NCBI GenBank assembly: GCA_964342815.1
Contig: CAYFHS010000008.1
Location: forward strand, 32,001-96,000
DNA from: an uncultured archaeon
GTDB lineage: Archaea > Thermoplasmatota > Penumbrarchaeia > JASLWR01
Direction of reading: 5' to 3'
DNA: 64,000 nucleotides
A program made the translations under genes and the position numbers. Numbering within the stretch: the stretch's first letter is position 1; each line of letters begins with the position of its first letter. Positions 1 to 9,626 of the stretch are shown here, piece by piece. Below the pieces are notes generated by a model. The model did no database searches. It saw only the letters and a program-made list of their open reading frames with translations, and was not told where the DNA came from.

Positions 1-1
1 A

Positions 2-1279
2 ATCGGAAAGAGACAGGCTGGTGGAATCGATTTCGTCCTCATTAATAGTAATATCTAGAGATGTCGCGTTTAAAGTCATTGGTCGGGTATTTTTAAAGTT
101 CAAACCATCTGTCGTAATAAAATAAGTGTAGTTTAGTATTTTCCAATCATAATTGTGAAATTTGATGTAATATGTCCCATCCTCCGGTATTCTGGTTTCG
201 AAATATGAAAAATCGTTGTATCCGTATTCATCGACCTCCAAGGGCATTTCCCATTTATCATACAGTGCGATTCCTAGATTCCAGTCATCGGTTTCCGTTA
301 CCATGACCGAAACGTTTAGATCATCATTCTTTTGAAGCTCTATGGATAAATAATCATATTCATCGAATGTAGAGTCGAATGATCCGTTATAAAAACCAAG
401 TGAAGCCATATTGGCATTCCAAATAGAGAAATCCTCGTCATTGGGCTGCTGTGGGGAAATATCCACCGATAAATTATAATTAGCAGATTCTCCTGTTGGA
501 AAAAAACTCTCGAAAGTGACAACAATGTAATAATACCCGGTTTGATTTGCAACAAAACGTACGGTCTCGCCCTTGTCCGGGTCACTGGACATAATTGTGT
601 TTGATTCACCTCGGCGAAGCTTCCCAGGGTCATATACTGCAAGATTCACATCAAAAAAGTTATCCAAATGTATATGCAACCCATCGCCGGTTAGATCAAT
701 AGAGTTAGCATTTACCTTGTAGATATCATAAGGGTCCGTGGTTTTATTCACCCTACCGGGGTAACGATTCCCTGGGCTTATCTCCATTGCCTCACTCAAG
801 AGATTGTTGCCATCGGGAGCGTGTACCTGATCCTTGATGCTTATGGAAACGCGATAGTTTACATCCCGCATCTCAGGGGTTGCGACTCTGATATAATAAT
901 ATCCTTCTGTGGGAGCCCAGAACGAAAAGTTCATATCGGGTCCACCTCCCATGATCCCGTTTGTATGGAAGAAAAATGTATCCGGTGTAAATAGACCGAT
1001 ATAAATCATCGCATCCGATGTTGTAGCGTTTAGGTTCACCGTCGCGTTCAAGCATTCCCCGCTATTTGGCTGTAAGTAAAACTTCATCATATCAATTAAA
1101 TCGACATTGGCGTTCACTCTATCAGAATATTCTGAACCATCCGTGAGAATCACTTGTGCCGTTTGGAAGGTCTCGTTGCCATCTCCGGGATATCGATCCC
1201 ATCCGGTTGTTGTTTCAACGAAGGATAGAAATGTACAGAAAATTAGTACAAGAGAAATTGAAAGGGCTTTGATCTTCAT
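2..1279 (-). CDS. Secreted/surface protein with about three tandem PPC-like (pre-peptidase C-terminal) beta domains; runs off the window start
   Basis: Not in the ORF track because it is open at the edge. My translation from ATG 1279 (GAGGAG RBS upstream) gives MKIKALSISLVLIFCTFLSFVETTTG (signal peptide). Then come repeated units GNETFQTAQ..D..D/GYYYIRV, GNNLLSEA..DPYDIY/GYYYIVV and DEYDY../GTYYIKF, followed by INEDE (Ig/cadherin-like start). No stop codon down to position 2. Confidence 0.75.
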   Translation of the reverse strand, partial: MKIKALSISLVLIFCTFLSFVETTTGWDRYPGDGNETFQTAQVILTDGSEYSDRVNANVDLIDMMKFYLQPNSGECLNATVNLNATTSDAMIYIGLFTPDTFFFHTNGIMGGGPDMNFSFWAPTEGYYYIRVATPEMRDVNYRVSISIKDQVHAPDGNNLLSEAMEISPGNRYPGRVNKTTDPYDIYKVNANSIDLTGDGLHIHLDNFFDVNLAVYDPGKLRRGESNTIMSSDPDKGETVRFVANQTGYYYIVVTFESFFPTGESANYNLSVDISPQQPNDEDFSIWNANMASLGFYNGSFDSTFDEYDYLSIELQKNDDLNVSVMVTETDDWNLGIALYDKWEMPLEVDEYGYNDFSYFETRIPEDGTYYIKFHNYDWKILNYTYFITTDGLNFKNTRPMTLNATSLDITINEDEIDSTSLSLSD

Positions 1280-1433
1280 ATCCAACTCCTCATTTACGAT
1301 ATTGGGAAAAAAGGATGTTTCCAACAGAATACTTTTCATTATATAATTTCATCGTATTTAATGTGTTTCGGACAACTTTGAAAAACAAAAAAATTTTTAA
1401 TTAGAAATTTAGCAGAATTAATTGAAATAAAAA

Positions 1434-2288
1434 TCAAAGCCTTTTCAGCCGTTTTATCCGTTCGTCCACAGGCGGATGTGTCGAGAAAAGCCCTGCAATA
1501 CCCTTCTTCGTAAACGGATTTACAATAAATAACGACGAATGAGCATTCTTGCCGTTCCTCAGGGGATGCTTGTGATTCCCCTTCTCTAGTTTTTTCAATG
1601 CTTTGGCCAGAGCCCATCCCTTTCCTGTGATCTTTGCTCCACCGGCATCGGCAAGGTACTCCCGGTTCCGCGATATTGCCATTTGAATGAGCATTGCGGC
1701 AATTGGGGCCAGTACCGCCATGAGGATCAGACCGATAATATTTCCCCCGTCACGGTCCCGGCCTCCGCCGAATATAGCGCTGAAAATGGCGATCTGCGCT
1801 ATGAAGGAGATTGCGGCTCCAATGGTGGCCGCCGCGGACATCACCATCATGTCCTTGTTGCTGATATGGGCCATCTCATGACCAATAACACCTTCAAGCT
1901 CGTCGTCGTCGAGAAGTTCCAGCAGCCCTTGGGTTGCCGCCACCACCGCGTGGTTTTTGTCCCGCCCCGTAGCAAATGCATTGGGTGTCTTTTTCGGGAT
2001 AACAACAACCTGGGGCATGGGCATGTCGGCTTTCAGGACAACCCTTTCCACTATCCCGTACAGCCTTGGCGCCTCGATCTTGGTTACGGGGATTGCCCTG
2101 TATGAACTGAGGATGATCTTGTCCGACCAGAAATATGTTACAAAATTAATTATCGCGGCCAGCATGATAAATATCAGCATGAAGAACATCCAACTTCCGC
2201 CAAAAAGGAATTGACCCACCAGAGCCCCCACACCTGCCAATAGAACCATGAACATTCCGAACAGCATAGCAACCTTTAACTGGTTCAT
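1434..2288 (-). CDS. htpX: Zinc metalloprotease HtpX (peptidase M48)
   Basis: N-terminal TM helices, NAFATG, HExxH (GHEMAH), SRNREYLAD, FSTHPP. Alternative GTG start at 2303. Confidence 0.93.
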   Translation of the reverse strand: MNQLKVAMLFGMFMVLLAGVGALVGQFLFGGSWMFFMLIFIMLAAIINFVTYFWSDKIILSSYRAIPVTKIEAPRLYGIVERVVLKADMPMPQVVVIPKKTPNAFATGRDKNHAVVAATQGLLELLDDDELEGVIGHEMAHISNKDMMVMSAAATIGAAISFIAQIAIFSAIFGGGRDRDGGNIIGLILMAVLAPIAAMLIQMAISRNREYLADAGGAKITGKGWALAKALKKLEKGNHKHPLRNGKNAHSSLFIVNPFTKKGIAGLFSTHPPVDERIKRLKRL

Positions 2289-2315
2289 CCCGCTCACAGC
2301 CACACCAAACCTTGA

Positions 2316-3986
2316 CTAAAATATGCTGGGCTCAACGTACTCACCGAATACATCTCGTAACACACCTGTAATATCACCCAGCGTTGCTTGTGCTTTTGCG
2401 CATTCAAGTATCGCCGGCATCGTATTTTCATCACCCTCCGCTACTTTTCGCAGGCGGTCCATGGCGCGTGTGAATCTTCCATCGTCTCTGTCGCATCGTA
2501 TTCTTTTAAGCCGGTTTACCTGTGTTTGTTCCCCTTTCTCATCCATTGCGAGAATGGGAATCTCCAGTTCCTCGTCCAAAATGAAATCGTTCACACCAAC
2601 GATAACCCGCTCTTTGGAATCTATCTCACGTTGGTAACGATAGGCCGAATCGGCGATCTCCCGCTGGAAAAAACCCTTGTCGATGGCTTTAAGAACGCCC
2701 CCCAGACTTTCGATACGGTCGAAATATTTGTAGGTCTGGTTCTCCATCTCATCCGTGAGCCATTCGACGAAATAAGAGCCTCCTAGCGGGTCGATGGTAT
2801 TAGGCACTCCGCTCTCGTGCGCAACCACCTGCTGAGTACGAAGGGCTAACCTCACCGCCTTCTCGGAGGGAAGCGCCCATGCCTCGTCCATGGAGTTCGT
2901 ATGAAGCGATTGCGTGCCCCCCATTACAGCCGCCAATGCTTGGATCGTCACTCGCACCAGGTTGACCTCGGGCTGGGCCGCCGTTAGCGAGCAGCCTGCG
3001 GTTTGTGTATGAAACCTCATGAGCCACGAACGCGGTTTTTTCGCATTAAATGTGTCCCGCATCTCCCTTGCCCATATTCTCCTTGCTGCCCGATACTTTG
3101 CGATCTCCTCGAATAGGTCGTTGTGTGCATTGAAGAAGAACGATAACCTGGGCGCGAAAGCGTCCACGTCGAGACCCCGTTCCATGGCTGCCTTCACGTA
3201 AGCCAGCCCGTCAGCTAGAGTAAATGCCAGTTCCTGGACTGCAGTGGAGCCCGCCTCCCTTATGTGATATCCCGATATGGATACAGTGTTCCATCGCGGA
3301 ACGTGTTTGAATCCGTATTCGAAAGTATCTACTATTAAGCGCATAGAGGGTTCCGGTGGGAAAATAAAGGATTTTTGGGCTATGTATTCCTTTAATATAT
3401 CGTTCTGGATCGTCCCGCCTATGGACGTTAAAGGTATACCGCGGCTCTCGGCCATTGCTATGTAGAAGGCCCACACGGCGGAGGCAGGGCCGTTTATTGT
3501 CATTGATGTCGTAACCTCGTCCACGGGAATACCGTCGAAAAGAATCTGCATGTCCTTCAATGAAGAAATGGCAACACCGCACTTGCCGAATTCGCCTCTT
3601 GCAAGGGGATGGTCGGTATCATAGCCGTAGAGTGTGGGATAATCGAAGGCAACCGACAGGCCGGTCTCACCGTGTTCGAGAAGATATTTGTACCGTTCGT
3701 TGGTTTCCTCCGCGGTCCCGAATCCCGCAAATTGCCTCATGGTCCATAACCGTCCCCGGTACATGGTGGGCTGGACTCCTCGTGTAAATGGGTATTCTCC
3801 AGGATAACCCAACTTCTGGAAATAATCGTAATCGGACAGATCACCAGGGTCGTAAAGATTGTCAACGGGCATGCTGGAGGTGCTTATGAATCTTCTTCTT
3901 CTCTCCGGCCACCGCTCAAGGGCCTTTCGGTAGCAGGTGTCTTTCCACCGCTTCTTCTCCTTTTCAAATTTATTTGGTTCATTCAT
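2316..3986 (-). CDS. Cobalamin-dependent acyl-CoA mutase, large (substrate-binding) subunit; isobutyryl-CoA-mutase-like residues
   Basis: [59 protein letters not shown]. No C-terminal B12-binding domain. Confidence 0.92.
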   Translation of the reverse strand: MNEPNKFEKEKKRWKDTCYRKALERWPERRRRFISTSSMPVDNLYDPGDLSDYDYFQKLGYPGEYPFTRGVQPTMYRGRLWTMRQFAGFGTAEETNERYKYLLEHGETGLSVAFDYPTLYGYDTDHPLARGEFGKCGVAISSLKDMQILFDGIPVDEVTTSMTINGPASAVWAFYIAMAESRGIPLTSIGGTIQNDILKEYIAQKSFIFPPEPSMRLIVDTFEYGFKHVPRWNTVSISGYHIREAGSTAVQELAFTLADGLAYVKAAMERGLDVDAFAPRLSFFFNAHNDLFEEIAKYRAARRIWAREMRDTFNAKKPRSWLMRFHTQTAGCSLTAAQPEVNLVRVTIQALAAVMGGTQSLHTNSMDEAWALPSEKAVRLALRTQQVVAHESGVPNTIDPLGGSYFVEWLTDEMENQTYKYFDRIESLGGVLKAIDKGFFQREIADSAYRYQREIDSKERVIVGVNDFILDEELEIPILAMDEKGEQTQVNRLKRIRCDRDDGRFTRAMDRLRKVAEGDENTMPAILECAKAQATLGDITGVLRDVFGEYVEPSIF

Positions 3987-4017
3987 GATAATCCCCGGTA
4001 AAACCTCTAGCTAATAA

Positions 4018-4566
4018 TTAAAACTCGATTCCCTCCCTGCATTGAATCCCTGCCCTGTATGGGTGCTTGACTTCTGCAATCACGCTTACAAGATCAGCGA
4101 GGTCTATTAGAATGCGGGGTGCGTCACGCCCGGTTAGTACGATCTCCACATGCTTTGGACGTTCTCTGATCATTTCAACTACGTTCTGCAGCTTTATAAG
4201 ACGAAAGTCAAGAGCGACGTTTATCTCATCCAGCACCACAAGGTCGTGTTCTCCACCTGAAATGATCTCACGAGCTCTGGACAATCCCTGCTCTGCAAGT
4301 TCGACATCGATCTCCGCCGGATTTGCCTTGTCCACAAAATCGGGTCTGCCGAACTGCTCTATTGTTACACTGGGCAATCTCTTGACTGCCTCCAATTCGC
4401 CGTAGTTGATGCGGCCTTTCATAAATTGGATAATATAAACTGACAATCCTTTACCACTTGCTCGAAGAGAAAGTCCAAGAGCAGCAGTGGTCTTTCCCTT
4501 GCCGTTGCCGGTGTACAACTGAACGAGCCCTTTTCTCTCCTTCTCTGTTTTCATATTATCGTCCAA
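4018..4566 (-). CDS. cobO: Cob(I)yrinic acid a,c-diamide/cobalamin adenosyltransferase (CobA/CobO/BtuR family)
   Basis: YTGNGKGKTTAALG P-loop, QFMKG, LDEINVAL, LTGR, KHPY. Confidence 0.92.
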   Translation of the reverse strand: MDDNMKTEKERKGLVQLYTGNGKGKTTAALGLSLRASGKGLSVYIIQFMKGRINYGELEAVKRLPSVTIEQFGRPDFVDKANPAEIDVELAEQGLSRAREIISGGEHDLVVLDEINVALDFRLIKLQNVVEMIRERPKHVEIVLTGRDAPRILIDLADLVSVIAEVKHPYRAGIQCREGIEF

Positions 4567-4688
4567 AATAGCTTATTGAGCTGGCGTAAGGTTGAATGAT
4601 TTTATAATTCATAAACCTTCCCCAATTATACGGAACAGCAGGTCAGATAAAAAAACTGAAATAACTAACGTTTACTGTTTAGGGTATT

Positions 4689-5678
4689 ATGCTAACGAAA
4701 AATATTATTTTCGTCGTTATTGTGTCATTAGTCTCCCTGGTCTGGTTATCCGGCAGCGTTCAGGCAGCGGCAGACGGGAACTCCACCTCTGGAGACGGGA
4801 TGGATGAATCTCTCGATAATTTCATGGCCGCTATAATATTATCAGGTGTCTTCTTGATAGCCGGCGGCATCACTGCCACATTGGTTAGAAGAGATATCAG
4901 CAAACGTAACATGAAGATGACAAAATGGATTAGTCTTCTAATACTGTTCACCATGGTGATCCCAATTGCGGTCACTTTTACAATTATGTATTATGAGGAG
5001 GTCACAACTTTTTACGGTTTCTTCGCGTTGTTCACAAGCTATCTAATATTCGTCGCCCTTTACATATACTTCCGCAGTCAATCGGTTCTTTTGGTAAAGA
5101 ACGTTCCTGCAGAGTTCGTGGTTAAACTGAACCCTGCATACAAAGAAATACTGGCCTTCGGGATCGTTATTTTCGGTTTACTTATAACGGTGATCGGTTT
5201 TTACCAGCTGAACTCAGGAAACCCCGACGTGGGCAAATCCGTTAGCGCCATCGGTATATCCACGGCGGTTATCGGGGTGGTATTGATAAAATTATGGTTC
5301 TCCACGGACAGACTGGTAATCGATATGAGCGAGATAATTATTAAAAGGGGAAAGAAAGTGGAAAAGATGGCCTGGAGCGATGTGGAATCAATAATATTCT
5401 TCAAGGAACTGTCACACCTGCTGAACATCGAATTGGGGGGCTATCACAAGCGAGTGGGTCCATCCGCTTCTCAGAGATCCGTGGAGATCATAGCCGGTGA
5501 GCGAAGACTGAAGTTCATGGACAGTGAGATTCCTTCATACGAGGATTTCAGAATTTTATTTTTTATCCTCCTTCATCATAGAAGTATTGCGAATCCCAAT
5601 ACAAAGGTTTATTTTCAAAGCAAGTGGGCAAAAGGGTGGTACAGAGATTATCGAAGGCATATGATGCAGGCAGGCTAG
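4689..5678 (+). CDS. Hypothetical multi-pass membrane protein with a soluble, possibly PH-like C-terminal part
   Basis: 329 aa ORF with a signal/TM segment and about 5 further hydrophobic helices, then a hydrophilic tail. Converges on the FHA gene. Confidence 0.65.
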   Translation: MLTKNIIFVVIVSLVSLVWLSGSVQAAADGNSTSGDGMDESLDNFMAAIILSGVFLIAGGITATLVRRDISKRNMKMTKWISLLILFTMVIPIAVTFTIMYYEEVTTFYGFFALFTSYLIFVALYIYFRSQSVLLVKNVPAEFVVKLNPAYKEILAFGIVIFGLLITVIGFYQLNSGNPDVGKSVSAIGISTAVIGVVLIKLWFSTDRLVIDMSEIIIKRGKKVEKMAWSDVESIIFFKELSHLLNIELGGYHKRVGPSASQRSVEIIAGERRLKFMDSEIPSYEDFRILFFILLHHRSIANPNTKVYFQSKWAKGWYRDYRRHMMQAG

Positions 5679-5684
5679 TATAAA

Positions 5685-6596
5685 TCAGGTTCGTGCTCCC
5701 ATTAACATTTCCATCAACTGAGTCGGGGAAAGGTTTGGATTGTCAAGTCGTATCTTTCTTACGAATTCTTCCATCTCACCGTAGTCTTCTCTCCCTGAGA
5801 TCACACGTTCATTGGCTCCATTGCTGCCCAACATGTTCAAAATCACTTCCATATCCGCTTTTGAGGCTTCCTGCAAATATTTCAATTCCTCTTGTTCCAT
5901 CACAAGTTTACGGGAGTTCTTATCTATTGCGCCTACTACATGATGGTGTCCGCTTATCTCGGTGTAATGGCCGCCTGGCTCAATTATGATCTTTTTTTCG
6001 AAGCGGCCCATATCACCTGTCTTTGTTTTTTCTGATGATTTTTGGGCTTCTTTTGCCAGGGCAAACTCTCCTATCTCAAGGTACAGCTCGCTTGCTTTCG
6101 CATAAAAACCATATTCCATACAGTCATCGGCACGTCTCTTGATCCGATCGTGATCCGCTTGTTCCCGGGAACTCAAAGCCTCCATTATTATCTCAGTATC
6201 TCCTACTGTAAGAGTGCATTTTACAGGCAGTGGAATTGATTTGCTTCCCTTGAACTCAACGAATCCCGGAAGGAGCTTGCCATCAATGAAGGTCCCGTTG
6301 CTGCTGCCCATGTCCTGGATGTACAACTTATTCTGGTTCTCGAATATTCTGAAATGACAACGTTCACCATGGAGTCGTGTGATAGCTTTATCACCACTGG
6401 AAATGCATACTTTCTTCTGCCCTTTGCACATGTAGTGAAACCTACCCCTATGCCGCCCGAAAATGGTGTTATTCACCATTATCTCGTGGGAATTTCCATC
6501 CTGCATGGTAAATCGGATCTTTCTGATATCAGCACCACCTTGTACCGTAATAATATCCGGAAACCAACCGGATACTATACCTTTTGTAAGTTTCAT
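5685..6596 (-). CDS. FHA domain protein with a short TPR-like segment
   Basis: FHA hallmarks IFGR ... ITRLH ... IQDMGSSNGTFIDG, then helical ADDCMEYGFYAKASELYLEIG. The start codon is uncertain. Confidence 0.8.
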   Translation of the reverse strand: MKLTKGIVSGWFPDIITVQGGADIRKIRFTMQDGNSHEIMVNNTIFGRHRGRFHYMCKGQKKVCISSGDKAITRLHGERCHFRIFENQNKLYIQDMGSSNGTFIDGKLLPGFVEFKGSKSIPLPVKCTLTVGDTEIIMEALSSREQADHDRIKRRADDCMEYGFYAKASELYLEIGEFALAKEAQKSSEKTKTGDMGRFEKKIIIEPGGHYTEISGHHHVVGAIDKNSRKLVMEQEELKYLQEASKADMEVILNMLGSNGANERVISGREDYGEMEEFVRKIRLDNPNLSPTQLMEMLMGART

Positions 6597-6688
6597 CCGC
6601 TATTATATGAATGAACTGACATATATTTCAAAGTTTTTCGATTATGATCGATCCAGAATTATTTGAATTGTTTATATGGAAAAGGTTA

Positions 6689-9574
6689 CTAGGACGTGAT
6701 CTCCCTTAATTTGTCATACATTATATCCGCGCTTCTCCATCGGGCGGTCTTTCGTTTTTCCAGTGCCCGCATCACGATAATGTCCAGAACCTCCGGTATT
6801 TCGGGATTTTTCGAACTTGGCGGTCTAGGATCGTAACTAAGGATCTTTTTCATAACTCTTTTCTTGTCAGGGTGATGAAAAGGATTTCTCCCTGTCAACA
6901 TCTCATAGAAAACTATCCCGGCTTGAAAAATATCGGTCCGCCAATCGGCATCCTGATAGCGTTCCCTATCGAACTGCTCCGGAGCACAGTAGGAAACTGT
7001 CCCCTTACTACCCACATCCTGGTCTTCCCCGTGAAGAGCCATGTATTTTCCTATACCCCAGTCAGTTATCTTGGGAATGCCGTCCTTGGTAAAGAGAATG
7101 TTCGCCGGCTTAAGATCCAGGTGGATTATTCCCATTCTGTGTGCATATGACAGGCCGTCCAGGATCTGCAGCATTATATTGGTGGCTTCCCCAACGGACA
7201 ACCTGCGATTCTTCATCAGATGTCGGAGAGATCCCCCCTCCAGGATTTCGCTGGCCAGGATAGGGATGGATACGGTATCGCTCGGATAGAATTTTACAAT
7301 GTTTCTGTGTTCCAGAGTGCTTAATATGCTCCCTTCCTTCTTGTATTTTCCAAGTGTTGAATAATCGATTTTTTCATCAAGGAATTTGGGGAGTTTAAGA
7401 GCCACCTCTCGGTCAGCTGGGTCCACTACCTTATAGACCGCCGCAAACCCACCGGAGCCTATCAATCCCTTGAAAGTATACCGGGGAAGAAGAAGGTCTA
7501 CTTTCGTTTTTATAGGTTTTATTCTCACCCCTGCCAGCTTACCTTGATAGGTGGAAGATAGCCTTACGACCCCTTCCCCTGGATAGATATCGGGTCGCCG
7601 ACCTTCCGGCAAATGTGCCAATTCTTCATCACCGTCTTCTGAATATTCAGGGTGGATTTCATCATTTATGGGTGTTTCAAGTTTGTCTTTGAGTCGTTTC
7701 ACTTCCTTTTTCATGCCTGAGATTCCGTATATCTTGACGGCTTTTTCCCACTGTCCTTCGGATTCCAATACTTTTGCCTTCTTAACCAGCGTTCGTTTCA
7801 GATCCGTGCTCATCCCCAGTTCCCGGTAGATCTTTATTGCCTGGTCCAACCTCGATGACTCTTCGTGCTCAATTGCCAAGGCAATCTTCCGTTCGAGATA
7901 TCGATCATTTTTTCGTTTTCGATTATATAGAAAGATTATACCAATGGCTGTGATGAGAATGATAATGAATGCATAAAAGAAATAATTATTCAACGCGGGC
8001 AGCCAATCGCCGTTATCACCAATAAGGTCCCCAAAGGGCCAGTCACCGTCTTGCTGTTCGTCTGGATCGTCAGGGAAAGCATCCAATCTCAATCCTGTGG
8101 TAGACGTTTCGATGGTCATACCCGGATTCCATTGGTCAGGGTAACCATCCTTGTCCGAATCCTTGGAGGCTGCAGGGTCAAAGGGAAATCTATCCCGGTT
8201 ATCCCCCACTTCATCCCCGTCAGTATCGTTCCACTCGGATGAATCGAATGGAAAGATGTCAATAGACAGGCCAGTGGTGCTTTTTACGGGGCCGGATCCA
8301 TTATTCCATTGGTCAGGGTAACCATCCCCGTCACTATCGACGCTGGCTGCCAGATCATTCGGGAATGCATCCAGTACGAGATCACTTGTGGAATTCTCCC
8401 GGACCTGTCCTTCGTTCCATTCATCGGGTGAACCGTCTCCGTCATTATCTTTACTCGCTGAGTGGTCTTCGGGAAAATCGTCTAACCACAAGCCATGTAT
8501 GGAATCCGAATCGTTCATTCCTGGATTCCAAACCTCGGGGAAACCATCCCCATCTTTGTCTTTGCTTGCAGCCCGGTCCGAGGAAAATGCATCAATTTCA
8601 TTTTGAATTCCATCTTCATCGTCGTCTTCTGCCCCAGTATAGCACTCAACTATAGATAGAACTCCATTATCGTTCGTACCTCCCAGCGCAAATAATCGAT
8701 TTCCCACCACAGAGCAAGAGAGGTCCGCACGGGCTGTCGGCATGTTCTCCCGGATTTCCCATGAATCGGCATCAGGATCATAACTGCGGGTATAATCAAC
8801 CCAGTTCGTCCTGTCCGATCCTCCAACCAGAAAGATCATACCGTCAATGGCACATGCGGAAAGGCCCTTATGGGTAGAGGTCCGGTTAACCGATCGTATC
8901 CACGAATCTATTGCAGGAGAATATACCTCGATTGTGTTCTCGGTTATTACGTAAATAATTCCCCCGATCACTGTAGATCCTAGAACTCTGATCTCTGCTG
9001 GGAGAGGTTCCTTATCGGTCCACAAATCTGTATAAGCATTGTAGCATTCAACTACGGAAAGGGGTTGATCGTAATAATTACCACCGATGACATAGATGGA
9101 ACCGTTCACGACGCTGCAGACCGGGCTACTCCTGGCATTAGACATTTCGGTCATTACTAACCATTCTCCCGTTTCAGGATCATAGCGTTCCGTCGTGCTG
9201 AGATATTCTATTTCACCATCGTTCTTCTTTCCTCCAATAACAAATATCTTGTCATTCACAACAGCGCTGCCCAGATGAGATCTTTTCGTTGGCATATCCG
9301 TCTTTGCCGCCCAGGTATCTGTAATGGGTTCGAAACATTCCACAGTACCGAGGGTAAGAGCTCCTGCTTCTCCCCCAATGGCATATATGCTGTTGTTCAC
9401 CACTGAACATGTGAGACCTGATCGTGCAGTGGGCATATCTGAATAATGAATCCACCAGTGAGTATCCTCGTTTGCATTTACGGCTTTTTCACCAATATAG
9501 GGACTCCCCATGAGAGGCAGACCCAATAATATACATGTGATGATGACAGATGAAAAAAGCCTGACGCGTATCAT
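6689..9574 (-). CDS. Receptor-like Ser/Thr protein kinase: signal peptide, Kelch beta-propeller, TSP type-3-like Ca-binding repeats, TM helix, TPR-like linker, Hanks kinase
   Basis: Six Kelch repeats (MPTARS..IYAIGG..VECF..W), DxDGDGxPD repeats, TM FFYAFIIILITAIGIIFLY followed by NRKRK. Kinase motifs GSGGFAAV, VALK, HLDLKPANIL, DWG, APE. The ORF track starts at 9601; ATG 9574 gives a better signal peptide. Confidence 0.9.
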   Translation of the reverse strand: MIRVRLFSSVIITCILLGLPLMGSPYIGEKAVNANEDTHWWIHYSDMPTARSGLTCSVVNNSIYAIGGEAGALTLGTVECFEPITDTWAAKTDMPTKRSHLGSAVVNDKIFVIGGKKNDGEIEYLSTTERYDPETGEWLVMTEMSNARSSPVCSVVNGSIYVIGGNYYDQPLSVVECYNAYTDLWTDKEPLPAEIRVLGSTVIGGIIYVITENTIEVYSPAIDSWIRSVNRTSTHKGLSACAIDGMIFLVGGSDRTNWVDYTRSYDPDADSWEIRENMPTARADLSCSVVGNRLFALGGTNDNGVLSIVECYTGAEDDDEDGIQNEIDAFSSDRAASKDKDGDGFPEVWNPGMNDSDSIHGLWLDDFPEDHSASKDNDGDGSPDEWNEGQVRENSTSDLVLDAFPNDLAASVDSDGDGYPDQWNNGSGPVKSTTGLSIDIFPFDSSEWNDTDGDEVGDNRDRFPFDPAASKDSDKDGYPDQWNPGMTIETSTTGLRLDAFPDDPDEQQDGDWPFGDLIGDNGDWLPALNNYFFYAFIIILITAIGIIFLYNRKRKNDRYLERKIALAIEHEESSRLDQAIKIYRELGMSTDLKRTLVKKAKVLESEGQWEKAVKIYGISGMKKEVKRLKDKLETPINDEIHPEYSEDGDEELAHLPEGRRPDIYPGEGVVRLSSTYQGKLAGVRIKPIKTKVDLLLPRYTFKGLIGSGGFAAVYKVVDPADREVALKLPKFLDEKIDYSTLGKYKKEGSILSTLEHRNIVKFYPSDTVSIPILASEILEGGSLRHLMKNRRLSVGEATNIMLQILDGLSYAHRMGIIHLDLKPANILFTKDGIPKITDWGIGKYMALHGEDQDVGSKGTVSYCAPEQFDRERYQDADWRTDIFQAGIVFYEMLTGRNPFHHPDKKRVMKKILSYDPRPPSSKNPEIPEVLDIIVMRALEKRKTARWRSADIMYDKLREITS

Positions 9575-9626
9575 GGTACCCACATCCCGTGAAAAAAACA
9601 CAGATTATAATTATTTGACAAACTTA

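Noticed and set aside
1683-2105. Long opposite-strand or alternate-frame ORFs (also 18031..18603, 26299..26955, 29858..30532, 43274..43870, 46627..47268, 56055..56750)
   Set aside because: They are shadows of well-supported genes and have no recognisable motifs.
8127-8327. 24-nt exact direct repeat TTCCATTGGTCAGGGTAACCATCC (8127-8150, 8304-8327)
   Set aside because: Explained by the tandem TSP3-like protein repeats (DGYPDQWN) in the kinase ectodomain.
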